This document shows positions 28,223 through 37,960 of a DNA stretch of 40,369 nt, piece by piece; position 1 is the first letter of the stretch, and each line of letters opens with the position of its first letter. The stretch comes from Allocoleopsis sp. (GTDB lineage: Bacteria; Cyanobacteriota; Cyanobacteriia; FACHB-46). Under the pieces are notes generated by a model, which saw nothing but the letters and a program-made list of their open reading frames with translations, was not told where the DNA came from and did not search any database. Where the stretch lies: positions 1 to 40,369 of the forward strand of contig DATNPE010000423.1 in the NCBI GenBank assembly GCA_036703355.1, in the 5' to 3' direction. The translations under genes were made by a program, and so were the position numbers.

Positions 28223-28492
28223 ATGAGTACTGAAACTTATCTGAATCATCCTACCTTTGGTCTCCTGTTTAGGATCTGTCTGATTGAAGAAGGCCAAGAA
28301 TTGTTCGCCACCCTGTACGCTCAACGACTATTTTTTGTCGTTCACACTGGAGCCAACGGCTTAAAATTTGAACCGATTGGTCGTACGGATGCCCGCATCT
28401 TAGTAGAAAATCGGCTGCGCGTTCTGCGTCGAGCGGGCCAACCAAAAGATTACGAACAGCTCCAGGCGATTTACAAACAAACTTTCCAATAA
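28223..28492 (+). CDS. pipX: PII-interacting protein X
   Basis: ETYLNHPTFGLL, ELFATLYAQRLFF; 89 aa. Confidence 0.97.
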   Translation: MSTETYLNHPTFGLLFRICLIEEGQELFATLYAQRLFFVVHTGANGLKFEPIGRTDARILVENRLRVLRRAGQPKDYEQLQAIYKQTFQ

Positions 28493-28516
28493 TGCTCCAA
28501 TAGAGTTGTTGCCTTC

Positions 28517-29224
28517 ATGTCCGATGTGATGACTTCTTCCCAGCCGACGACCGTTCAAGACCGCATTGCCAGAATTTGTCAAACTTTACCGCCTGCGGTG
28601 CAGTTAATTGCGGTGACAAAACAGGTACCTGTAGCGGCGATGCGAGCAGCGTATGAGGCGGGCTTGCGAAATTTTGCTGAGAGTCGGATTCAAGAAGCGG
28701 AAGCCAAGCAAGCTGAACTGCAAGATCTCCCGGATATTACCTGGCACCTCATCGGACATTTGCAAAGTAATAAAGCTCAGAAGGCGTTGGAGCTGTTTCA
28801 ATGGATTCACTCAGTGGATAGTCTGAAATTAGCTCAGCGCCTAGACCGTCTAGCTGAATCGTTGTCAACGAAACCTCATGTTTGCTTGCAGGTCAAGATT
28901 TTGCCTGATCCCAACAAGTCAGGTTGGAGTATAGAGGAGTTGCTGGTTGACCTGCCGCAGCTTGATCAGTGCCAAAACTTGGACATTCAAGGGCTGATGA
29001 CGATTCCACTGCTAGGGTTGGGCGCAGCAGAAACCTTGGCGGTTTTTCAGCGAACTCAGGCATTAGCGGACAAAATTAGGCAACAAAATTGGTCGAGGAT
29101 GCAAATGCAGCAGCTCTCAATGGGCATGTCGGGTGACTATCAGCTTGCCATTCAAGCGGGAGCAACGATGATTCGCCTCGGCACGATCTTATTTGGTGAA
29201 CGGGGTGGATTGCCTCTTGCCTAA
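28517..29224 (+). CDS. pipY: PLP homeostasis protein PipY (YggS/PLPBP)
   Basis: IAVTK, WHLIGHLQSNK, GLMTI, LSMGMSGDY and RLGTILFG; follows pipX. Confidence 0.96.
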   Translation: MSDVMTSSQPTTVQDRIARICQTLPPAVQLIAVTKQVPVAAMRAAYEAGLRNFAESRIQEAEAKQAELQDLPDITWHLIGHLQSNKAQKALELFQWIHSVDSLKLAQRLDRLAESLSTKPHVCLQVKILPDPNKSGWSIEELLVDLPQLDQCQNLDIQGLMTIPLLGLGAAETLAVFQRTQALADKIRQQNWSRMQMQQLSMGMSGDYQLAIQAGATMIRLGTILFGERGGLPLA

Positions 29225-29624
29225 ATTCTGAGACCCAGGTAATATGTGCTTGCTTTATTGATTAAGCAGTATTAGTAACAAAAGCTTGCCGATTTCCTCA
29301 CCAAGTCCGGATTCTGTAGGGTTGTCTTAATTGCCACCACGCTCTTAGGCAGATAAATCAACACTGCAATTCCATCTTTTTTCTGAGATGACAAGTCAAA
29401 AATCTGATGTATACTGTTGAGTCAATTCAGGAAAGTCAGACAGGGTGTTCGCAAGCTTCATTATGGATTTGGGCTATTAATTTTTAATTAAAGTCCGACC
29501 GTAAGCTTCAACTAGAAGGCACGCTATTCAAGGAACTTAATTCAAATGGGCTCTCCTAGCGTTTCTCCCTTCTAATCAGAAGTTGTTTGATGAGGGTAAC
29601 TATTGTTGTGATGGAGCGTGAACC

Positions 29625-30209
29625 GTGAACAATATTTTCACGAAATTGCGGGATTTTGTTGGATTTAATGATCCCGTGGATTATGAGTACGAGTATGACG
29701 AGATGGATGGGGAAGAGTATCAAAATCTCTATCGAGAAGAGAATCCCCCCCAGCCCGCTCCGGAAGAAGATGCCCGGAATCGTCGTCGCATCCGTGAGCG
29801 CGTATCGATGGCCACTGAAACAGGAATTGGTTCAACCATGAATAACGTAATTGGCATGCCGGGAGCCATCAATGGTCTCTCCGAAGTAGTGGTAATGGAA
29901 CCCCGTTCTTTTGAGGAGATGCCTCAAGCGATCCAGGCACTGCGGGAACGCAAGTCAGTGGTTTTGAACCTGACAATCATGGACCCCGATCAAGCTCAGC
30001 GGGCTGTTGACTTTGTGGCTGGTGGTACCTACGCCATTGATGGTCATCAAGAGCGGATTGGCGAAAGCATTTTCCTCTTCACTCCCAACTGCGTGCAAGT
30101 GACAACCCAAGCAGGTGGAGCCCAAGAAGCACCTCAGCCTCAAGCTCGTCCCAGCCGTCCTACTGCACCAACACCAGCTTGGACCGCTGAACAAGCCCGC
30201 ATGGCTTAG
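29625..30209 (+). CDS. sepF: Cell division protein SepF (Cdv2)
   Basis: N-terminal amphipathic helix; [17 protein letters not shown] and IFLFTP. Confidence 0.96.
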   Translation: MNNIFTKLRDFVGFNDPVDYEYEYDEMDGEEYQNLYREENPPQPAPEEDARNRRRIRERVSMATETGIGSTMNNVIGMPGAINGLSEVVVMEPRSFEEMPQAIQALRERKSVVLNLTIMDPDQAQRAVDFVAGGTYAIDGHQERIGESIFLFTPNCVQVTTQAGGAQEAPQPQARPSRPTAPTPAWTAEQARMA

Positions 30210-30358
30210 TGATTTTCTCGTGATTGCACAAGCTAGCTAGGCTATTCATCAAACAAGCCAAGTCTGCGAGTGAGTTAAAAAACTGACATTGCTTCAAAAA
30301 ACTTGGCAAAACGACTCCTGTTAAATCGCACTAGTTTAGATAGGAGACAGCAAACGGG

Positions 30359-31168
30359 TTGTCTGCAAAATTTGGTTTAATTGGTGGCGGGGTAATGGGG
30401 GAAGCTCTGTTATCCCGCCTCGTCGCGGAGAAAATTTATATGCCGCCAGAAGTGGTGGTGAGTGAACCGCAATCACAGCGGCGCGATTTTTTGGCGCAGC
30501 AGTATGGTGTCTCTGTGACTTCAGAGAATAAAGCGGCATTTCAGGCTGAGGTGGTGCTGCTAGCCATTAAGCCGCAGGTATTTGATGCGGTGGCGCTGAA
30601 GTTGACTAATCAATTGAGCGATCGCGATCGCCCACCAGTCGTGCTCTCGATCTTGGCAGGAGTGCCGCTGCAAAAGCTAGAAGCAGCCTTCCCTGGTTGT
30701 CCGGTAGTGCGAGCGATGCCCAACACACCTGCTACAGTGGGCGCGGGGATGACGGCGATCGCTCCTGGCAAGTTAGCTGATGCTACGCATCTAGAGCAAG
30801 CTCGCACCATTTTTGGGGCAGTGGGTGAAGTGGTCGAGGTGCCAGAGAACCTGATTGATGCGGTCACAGGGCTTTCCGGTTCAGGGCCAGGATATGTGGC
30901 GATCGCCATTGAAGCTCTGACCGATGGCGGTGTCGCAGCAGGATTGCCACGGGCGATCGCAGCGAAGTTAGCGTTGCAAACGGTATTAGGGACAGCGCAA
31001 CTGCTGCATGAGTCGGGGATGCATCCGGCAGAACTGAAGGACCGCGTCACCAGTCCCGGGGGCACGACGATCGCAGGGATTGCTCAACTGGAGCAAGCAG
31101 GATTCCGCTCGGCTTTGATGCAAGCGGTGAAAGCAGCCTGCGATCGCGCCAAGGAACTTGGCAGCTAA
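30359..31168 (+). CDS. proC: Pyrroline-5-carboxylate reductase
   Basis: IGGGVMG, LAIKPQ, RAMPNTP, GSGPGY and VTSPGGTT; TTG start with AGGAGA upstream. Confidence 0.97.
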   Translation: MSAKFGLIGGGVMGEALLSRLVAEKIYMPPEVVVSEPQSQRRDFLAQQYGVSVTSENKAAFQAEVVLLAIKPQVFDAVALKLTNQLSDRDRPPVVLSILAGVPLQKLEAAFPGCPVVRAMPNTPATVGAGMTAIAPGKLADATHLEQARTIFGAVGEVVEVPENLIDAVTGLSGSGPGYVAIAIEALTDGGVAAGLPRAIAAKLALQTVLGTAQLLHESGMHPAELKDRVTSPGGTTIAGIAQLEQAGFRSALMQAVKAACDRAKELGS

Positions 31169-32544
31169 AGCTGTATCCCACGAATGGAGTAATCGAGTAG
31201 TTGGATCGGGTGCATGACGGGAATCGGTTTCCCCGATGCTGGTAGATGCTTCTGAATTTGTAAGCTACAGCCAGGATTAGGCGAAGCAATCAGTTGTGCG
31301 CCCGTATCGATTAGATTTTGTGCTTTCTGCTGACCGAGTTCGTCGGCGACTTCCGGTTGCAGCATGTTGTAAACTCCAGCACTGCCACAACATAACGCGC
31401 CATCGATCGGTTCCCGTAGCTGCACCCCCGGAATTTGCTGCAAAAGTTGGCGGGGTGGCACACTGATTTTCTGGCCGTGCAATAAATGGCAAGCATCGTG
31501 GTAAACCAAGGGTAGCGGTTGGGCTTGTAGAGGCGAGAGCTTTGCGGTTAAGCCGACTGCCACTAAAAACTCCTGCACATCTCTGACCTTGCTAGCAAAG
31601 GCTTTAGCTTTCTCGCGGTACAGTGGGTCATCTTGCAGGATGTGGCCGTATTCCTTCAAGGTGTGGCCGCAGCCTGCCGCATTAATAATGATGAAATCGA
31701 TGTTGGTGCCCTCGAAGCTGTCGATCATTTGGCGCGCGATCGCCTGAGCTTGCTGTTCTTGGCCTTGGTGAGCGGGTAGTGCGGAGCAACAACCTTGACC
31801 AGGCGGAACAACCACCTCGCAGCCGTTGGCAGTGAGCACTCGCACCGTGGCTTCGTTGACATCTGGGAAGAACAAACGCTGGACACAGCCAAGAATCATG
31901 CCGACTCGGTAGCGCTGTTGTCCTTGAGCGGGAATCAGGGTGGGAATCGGATTTTGAAACGATTTGAGGGTCACTTGAGGCAGCAACGACTCCATTGCCG
32001 CCAGTTGTGGCGAGATTTGCTTCAGCCAACCTAAGGAGCGCACCAGTTTTTGCAGCCCTGATTGCTGGTAGATTCCCAATGGTCCCAGAAGTAGGCGCAA
32101 ACGCTCTGGGTAAGGGAACAGCGAGAAAATTAAGCGTCGCAGTAAACGGTCAGAGAGCGATCGCGAATAGTTGCGCTCAATTTGTGGTCTGGTAGCGGCA
32201 ATTAGTTTGTCGTACTGCACACCCGAGGGGCAAGCGGTGGTGCAAGCCAGGCAACCTAAGCAAGTGTCAAAGTGCTGCACCGAAGCTTCAGACAAAGGCG
32301 CTTTGCCCTCCTCGATCGCATCCATTAAATAGATGCGGCCTCTAGGGGAATCGGTTTCTTTGCCAATCACCCGGTAACTAGGGCAGGTGGTTAAGCAGAA
32401 ACCACAATGCACACAAGCATCGATCAGTTTGGGGTCAGGCGGATGATGAGCATCAAACCCCTGAAAGTCGGCTAAGGTAGCAGGTCTGGGTTTGCTAGAT
32501 AGAGAGTTGGATTGCGAAGTAGGCTCTGAAGTCTGCATGCTCAC
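31165..32544 (-). CDS. glcF: Glycolate dehydrogenase Fe-S subunit
   Basis: CVHCGFCLTTCP and CLGCLACTTACP ferredoxin motifs plus two CCG domains; start overlaps the glcE stop. Confidence 0.92.
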   Translation of the reverse strand: MSMQTSEPTSQSNSLSSKPRPATLADFQGFDAHHPPDPKLIDACVHCGFCLTTCPSYRVIGKETDSPRGRIYLMDAIEEGKAPLSEASVQHFDTCLGCLACTTACPSGVQYDKLIAATRPQIERNYSRSLSDRLLRRLIFSLFPYPERLRLLLGPLGIYQQSGLQKLVRSLGWLKQISPQLAAMESLLPQVTLKSFQNPIPTLIPAQGQQRYRVGMILGCVQRLFFPDVNEATVRVLTANGCEVVVPPGQGCCSALPAHQGQEQQAQAIARQMIDSFEGTNIDFIIINAAGCGHTLKEYGHILQDDPLYREKAKAFASKVRDVQEFLVAVGLTAKLSPLQAQPLPLVYHDACHLLHGQKISVPPRQLLQQIPGVQLREPIDGALCCGSAGVYNMLQPEVADELGQQKAQNLIDTGAQLIASPNPGCSLQIQKHLPASGKPIPVMHPIQLLDYSIRGIQL

Positions 32545-33896
32545 TAAATACCGCCGACAAAACGATGGGGGCTCAAAATATTTTGCGGGTCAAATTGCTG
32601 TTTCAGCCGTCGCATCAGATCGAGCCCATTACCAGCGTAGCCCCAAACCTCAAACTGTTGCTTGAGGGCGATCGGCGCTTGGAGGATAGAAAGGAAACCA
32701 CCGTTGGCTTGATACAAAGTCCGCAGTTCGAGCAGGGTAGCGGGAGAAGGGGTTTGGCTGTCCAGGTACAGTTTGCCGAGGCCGCTGCTGGCATGAATCA
32801 ACCCTGTTACAGTGGGGCATGTGGTTGCAGTGGCGGCTAAGGTAGCGATCGCCTCAGCAGGTCTGACACCAATTTTGCAAACGATTGCTTCTGGATTGTC
32901 TATGGAAATTGGTGCGGCCAACTGTTGCCAAAGCTGTTTTTCATGGGCATCTGTATATAAGTGACTGGATAAGCCCAACGTTCGCCCTATTTCTAGAACT
33001 CGACTGGCTTGCGCGTCCACGCTGGCTGCCATGCTTTGAAACCGAGCCACCAAACCCATGCCTTGACCCAGTTGTAGCTTGGCTACTGTTGAAGTCGAAA
33101 GCACATCTAGAGCTGTTGGGGTTAAGGCGGAGTGGAGCAGGGTTTGGGTGGCTTGCGCGATCGCCTCTGCTGCACCGAGCAAGACTACGGTTTGGGAATT
33201 TGCCTGCACCGGATACAGTCGAAACGTGACCTGAGAAATCAGGCCCAAAGTCCCATAGGAGCCTGTCATGAGCTTCATCAAGTCATATCCCGCCACATTT
33301 TTCACCACTCGTCCCCCTGCTTTGGCGATCGCGCCATCGGCTCGAACCAAGGAAAGACCCAGCAGCATATCCCGCACGCCACCGTACCGTTGCCGCCATG
33401 AACCAGCATCACCAGTGGCGACAATGCCACCGAGGGTCGCGGTTTTAGGATAGGCAGGATCAAGGGCGAGGAACTGGCCTGCTTGGGCTAGGAGAGCTTG
33501 CAAATCCGCCAACTTCACACCTGCTTCTGCCGTAACGGTCAAGTCTCCTACCGCATGTTCGATCACTCGGTTGAGCCGTTGGGTACTCACGACCAGGTTG
33601 ATGCCTGACCCTAACCCTCCCCAACTCAGCTTGCTGCCGTTGCCACAGGGCAAAATACCCCAGCGACTTTGGTAGGCTCGACGCACCACTTCTGCGAGTT
33701 CTGCTTGTGTACCCGGATAAACAACCCCACTGATTTTGGTTTCAGGTGTGACTGCTTGGGCGATCGCTTGTTGCCACTGTGCAGATAAGTCTCCATAACA
33801 GCGGATGTTCTCGGCTCCCACGACGGAAGCAAGTTCCTTGAGCGCATCGTTTGTATGAGGTGCATGAGCATCACCTTTTGCAGGAATTGCTGCCAT
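32544..33896 (-). CDS. glcE: Glycolate dehydrogenase FAD-binding subunit
   Basis: ATLGGIVATG, GGRVVKNVAGYDLMKLMTGSYGTLG and KQQFDPQNILSP. ATG at 33896 preferred to 33956. Confidence 0.9.
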   Translation of the reverse strand: MAAIPAKGDAHAPHTNDALKELASVVGAENIRCYGDLSAQWQQAIAQAVTPETKISGVVYPGTQAELAEVVRRAYQSRWGILPCGNGSKLSWGGLGSGINLVVSTQRLNRVIEHAVGDLTVTAEAGVKLADLQALLAQAGQFLALDPAYPKTATLGGIVATGDAGSWRQRYGGVRDMLLGLSLVRADGAIAKAGGRVVKNVAGYDLMKLMTGSYGTLGLISQVTFRLYPVQANSQTVVLLGAAEAIAQATQTLLHSALTPTALDVLSTSTVAKLQLGQGMGLVARFQSMAASVDAQASRVLEIGRTLGLSSHLYTDAHEKQLWQQLAAPISIDNPEAIVCKIGVRPAEAIATLAATATTCPTVTGLIHASSGLGKLYLDSQTPSPATLLELRTLYQANGGFLSILQAPIALKQQFEVWGYAGNGLDLMRRLKQQFDPQNILSPHRFVGGI

Positions 33897-34263
33897 CCGC
33901 TTTTCTACCACTCGCTTGCTGTTTGGAATCAATGGGTGAGAGTCTCTCATCCTCACGAAGAGGCAGGCTGCTGAGCCATCTCTAGATCTCTCTTGATATC
34001 TCTCTTGGCTTAATTTACCAATTGTTTTGTCTCCTTGATGCTGGTTGAACGGATTAATCCGCCTAAGTCTAGTTACTTAACCTTGGGATGTTTTACTGAG
34101 AAACCTACGTATAAAATCCCATGAATCAAGGAGTTAGAACACGCCACAATAAACAGATATATGATGCTTGCAAAGTCAGGGTTGAGCTCCCAAGTCTCAC
34201 AAAGCCTTTGAGAATCATGTAACTTTTTATCGTGACAGCAGCTACGGGGTGGTGGATCGATTT

Positions 34264-36771
34264 ATGCAATTGAACAACTCAGTGCCCCCCATCAACCCGC
34301 TTGAACTCGTGGTCGATCGCTATCCTTTGATCGTAGCGCTGCATACTCCTGTCTTAGAAGTTGCCCAACTGTTGGGAACGAGCGATCGCCTACTGGCAAC
34401 GGCTGCCATGTCTGAGCCATGTGCGTTGGTCATGGAGGGTGACCTTTTAGTGGGACTGATCACGGCTCAGCAAATCATTCAATTCATGGCGAGTGGTGAA
34501 AATCTGCAAGGACTGGTTGCAGCGACGGTGATGAGCCAGCCACCCATGGCTCTGAGACAATCAGAGATCGAAGACTGGGCGACTGTGGCATTGCGATTGC
34601 AAGAACAGCCATCGCCCTATCTGGTCATCACCAATGAGCAAGATCAAGTCGTGGGCATTGCCCAAATCGAGCGTTTCTGTTTAGCACTGCTCACCCATCT
34701 ACAGACAGAACAGTCGCTGGAGCAGAAATGGATGGCCACCAAGGCGTCTTTCCAGCCCTGGCGATCGCGCTCCCATCGAGATGAGTCTCGACCGATAGCA
34801 GTCGCCCTCCAGATTGCGAGAGCTCAGCTAGAGAATCAGTTTGCCGAAAGAACTGCCGCTCTCAGACAGGCGAGTGACGAATTGATCGCAGAAATTGTCC
34901 ATCATCGCCAGACAGAGGTGCAACTGTCTCGCCGGACCTTTGAGCTAAAAACAATTTTCCAAGCGTTTCCTGACCTCTACTTCCAAATCGATGCTGATGG
35001 CACCATCTTGGACTACCACGCGAATGATCAAGATGACTTATATATGCCGCCGGAAGAATTTCTCTTCAGAAAAATGCGGGATATCTTACCGACTTCTGTG
35101 GCTCAGGAAGTACAAGCTGCCATCGATCAAGTTGTCAGCACTCATACCTTGGTTGCGGTGGAATATTCTCTGGTGCTACGAGGTGTAAATCGGCATTTTG
35201 AGGCCAGGATTTTGCCATTTCTTGAGCAAAAAGTGCTGGTGATTGTGCGTGACATCAGCGATCGCATTCGAGCAGAAACGGCATTACGTAAAAGTGAAGC
35301 AACAACACGAGCTTTGCTAGAAGCAATTCCAGACTTAATGATTCGCATGAATCGTGCTGGTGATTATCTAGATTTTTTACCTGCTAAAAATTTCAAAGCG
35401 ATTACACCCACCTTAGACCAAGGAGGTGGAAATATTTATGAAATCATGCCGCCTGCGATCGCCAAAGAGCGGATGTTATATGTGGAGCGAGCATTGCAAA
35501 CTGGGATCACGCAAGTTTATGAGTTTGAGTTGTGCATAGACGGGGAAATGCGTACAGAAGAAGCTCGAATTGCTGTCAGCGGCGAGGACGAGGTTTTAGT
35601 GATTGTGCGAGATATCACCGATCGCAAGCAGGCAGAAGTTGCCTTAAAAGCGCAAAAAGAATTTCTGCGGGATGTGATTGATACGGTTCCTAACTTAATC
35701 TTTGTGAAAGATTGGCAAGGCAGATTTACTCTGGTCAATCAGGCATTAGCCAATATGTATGGCACGACTGTAGAAGGTTTGATTGGCAAAACAGACGCGG
35801 ATTTTAATCCGAATCTCTTAGAAGTAGAACAATTTTTGCAAGCTGATCGAGAAGTGATTCTGCGAATGCAGGATAAAGTGATTCCTGAAGAAACTGTCAC
35901 GGATGCGAATGGTCAGAGTTATTGGTTTCAAACTCTCAAGAAACCGTTGCTATCACCCGATGGCAAAGCTTATCAAGTCCTGGGAGTTGCAACGGATATT
36001 ACAGCCCATAAGCAAGCAGAAGCGGATTTGCAGGCACTCAATGAAGCCTTGGAGTTGAAAGTTGAAAAACGAACGGATGCCCTCCGGACTTTGAATGAAC
36101 AACTGCTTACCGAAATTGCAGAGCGGCAGCGGGCAGAAGAGCAGATTAAGACTTCTTTACGAGAAAAGGAAGTTCTACTCAAAGAAATTCACCACCGAGT
36201 AAAAAATAATCTACAAGTAATTTCGAGTTTGTTGAAGTTGCAAGCGGGTTATATCAAAGAGCATCATGTACTAGAGATTCTCAAGGAAAGCCAAAACCGA
36301 GTTCGGGCAATGGCATTGTTACATGAAAAGCTCTATCAATCTGAAGATTTAGCGAAGATTAACTTTACTGAATATGTGCATAGCTTAGTTGCTAATCTAT
36401 TTCGCTCCTATGGGATCAAATCACAAACAATTATCGCAAAAATCAATATTGAGAATATTTTGTTTGATATTGACACAGTGATTCCTTGCGGTCTGATTAT
36501 TAATGAGTTGGTTTCTAACTCTTTGAAATATGCCTTCCCAGGAAATCAAAAAGGTGAGATTTGTGTCGCATTGTCTGTGACGCCAGACGGAGCCTGCCAG
36601 ATAGTAGTCAGTGATGATGGAATCGGCTTACCTGAAGAATTGGATTTTAACGATACAAAGTCTTTGGGTCTACAATTGGTCTGTATGCTGATTGAACAGC
36701 TAGAAGGAAAGATTGAGCTTAATCGGAGCTGTGGTACCCACTTTGAAATTACTTTGAATTACACAAAATAG
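34264..36771 (+). CDS. Soluble sensor histidine kinase: CBS-like pair, about 3 PAS domains, HisKA_2, HATPase
   Basis: EIHHRVKNNLQVISSLL, GLIINELVSNSLKYAF, VSDDGIG and SLGL; PAS C-termini RDISDR, RDITDRK, TDIT; no TM helix. Start 34249 or 34264. Confidence 0.92.
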   Translation: MQLNNSVPPINPLELVVDRYPLIVALHTPVLEVAQLLGTSDRLLATAAMSEPCALVMEGDLLVGLITAQQIIQFMASGENLQGLVAATVMSQPPMALRQSEIEDWATVALRLQEQPSPYLVITNEQDQVVGIAQIERFCLALLTHLQTEQSLEQKWMATKASFQPWRSRSHRDESRPIAVALQIARAQLENQFAERTAALRQASDELIAEIVHHRQTEVQLSRRTFELKTIFQAFPDLYFQIDADGTILDYHANDQDDLYMPPEEFLFRKMRDILPTSVAQEVQAAIDQVVSTHTLVAVEYSLVLRGVNRHFEARILPFLEQKVLVIVRDISDRIRAETALRKSEATTRALLEAIPDLMIRMNRAGDYLDFLPAKNFKAITPTLDQGGGNIYEIMPPAIAKERMLYVERALQTGITQVYEFELCIDGEMRTEEARIAVSGEDEVLVIVRDITDRKQAEVALKAQKEFLRDVIDTVPNLIFVKDWQGRFTLVNQALANMYGTTVEGLIGKTDADFNPNLLEVEQFLQADREVILRMQDKVIPEETVTDANGQSYWFQTLKKPLLSPDGKAYQVLGVATDITAHKQAEADLQALNEALELKVEKRTDALRTLNEQLLTEIAERQRAEEQIKTSLREKEVLLKEIHHRVKNNLQVISSLLKLQAGYIKEHHVLEILKESQNRVRAMALLHEKLYQSEDLAKINFTEYVHSLVANLFRSYGIKSQTIIAKINIENILFDIDTVIPCGLIINELVSNSLKYAFPGNQKGEICVALSVTPDGACQIVVSDDGIGLPEELDFNDTKSLGLQLVCMLIEQLEGKIELNRSCGTHFEITLNYTK

Positions 36772-36790
36772 ATATTTTGGAACCAGTGAA

Positions 36791-37960
36791 ATGTCCACAA
36801 AAATTTTAGTGGTTGAAGACGAAAAAATAATTGCATTTGATATTAAAAAGAGTTTAGAGGACTCTGGCTATATTGTGCCTGCGATCGCCAGTTCTGGAGA
36901 GCAGGTGCTCGAAAAAATTCCTGAGACTAAACCTGATTTGGTCCTTATGGATATTATTTTGAAAGGTGAGTTGGACGGCGTTAAGACAGCAGAGATTGTG
37001 CGCGATCGCTTTGATTTGCCCGTGGTTTATCTTACCGCTCATGCTGATGAGACCACCTTGAAACGCGCCAAAATTTCAGATCCATTCGGCTACATCTTGA
37101 AGCCATTTGAAGATCGAGAATTAATTACGACCATTGAAATTGCTTTGTCTCGCCATCGAGCAGAGTCAGCTATCCGCAAAGCTTTGCAGCAAGAAAAAGA
37201 ATTGAGTGAACTCAGAGCTCGCTTCGTCTCTGTGGTTTCTCACGAATTTCGTAATCCTCTCAGTACTATTTTGTTTTCTACAGAGCTGCTAGAAAAATAT
37301 CAGGCCAAGCTGAGTGATGAAAAAAAATTGACCTATCTACAGCGCATCCATACGGCAGTAAAACGGATGAGTCAATTGCTAGATAATGTGCTAACAATTG
37401 GGGCGACTGATGCTGGAAAACTAACTTGTTGTCCTACTCCATTAGATCTCAATCAATTTTGTCATGATTTGATTGAGGAGCTGAAGTTTAGCGCTAATAC
37501 GAATCATGTCATTGTTTTCACCAATCATGCTTCACTGCTGGCATCCACGGCGGAGGTAGACCTTCCTTGTTTAGATACCAAGCTGCTTCAGCATATTTTG
37601 ACAAACCTACTTTCAAATGCTCTTAAATATTCATCTTCAGGAAGTAGAATAAATCTCGATTTATCTTATCAGCCAAAGGCTGCACCTAAGGAAATTGTTT
37701 TTCAAGTTCAAGATCAGGGGATGGGTATTCCAGTGGCTGACCAAGTCCAGCTCTTTAGCCCCTTTCACCGTGGCACTAATGTTAGCAACATCGCGGGGAC
37801 TGGGCTGGGTTTATCTATTGTCAAACAATGCGTCGAGACTCATGGCGGCACCGTTCAAGTGGCCAGTGAAATCGGCGTTGGTACGACCTTTACTGTTACG
37901 CTTCCGTTGAATTACGCCTCCAGCCATTCATCTCCCTATGCAGAAGATTTTAGTCATTGA
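36791..37960 (+). CDS. Hybrid response regulator-histidine kinase (REC-HisKA-HATPase)
   Basis: VVEDE, LMDI, YLTA and KPF; SHEFRNPL, NLLSNALKY, DQGMG and GTGLGL. Confidence 0.93.
   Translation: MSTKILVVEDEKIIAFDIKKSLEDSGYIVPAIASSGEQVLEKIPETKPDLVLMDIILKGELDGVKTAEIVRDRFDLPVVYLTAHADETTLKRAKISDPFGYILKPFEDRELITTIEIALSRHRAESAIRKALQQEKELSELRARFVSVVSHEFRNPLSTILFSTELLEKYQAKLSDEKKLTYLQRIHTAVKRMSQLLDNVLTIGATDAGKLTCCPTPLDLNQFCHDLIEELKFSANTNHVIVFTNHASLLASTAEVDLPCLDTKLLQHILTNLLSNALKYSSSGSRINLDLSYQPKAAPKEIVFQVQDQGMGIPVADQVQLFSPFHRGTNVSNIAGTGLGLSIVKQCVETHGGTVQVASEIGVGTTFTVTLPLNYASSHSSPYAEDFSH

Noticed and set aside
29604-29618. Possible Yfr1 site before sepF (TGTTGTGATGGAG)
   Set aside because: Complementarity is short and interrupted; explained by an ordinary GGAG RBS.
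30610-31065. 151-aa minus-strand ORF
   Set aside because: Entirely antisense to proC; typical shadow frame.
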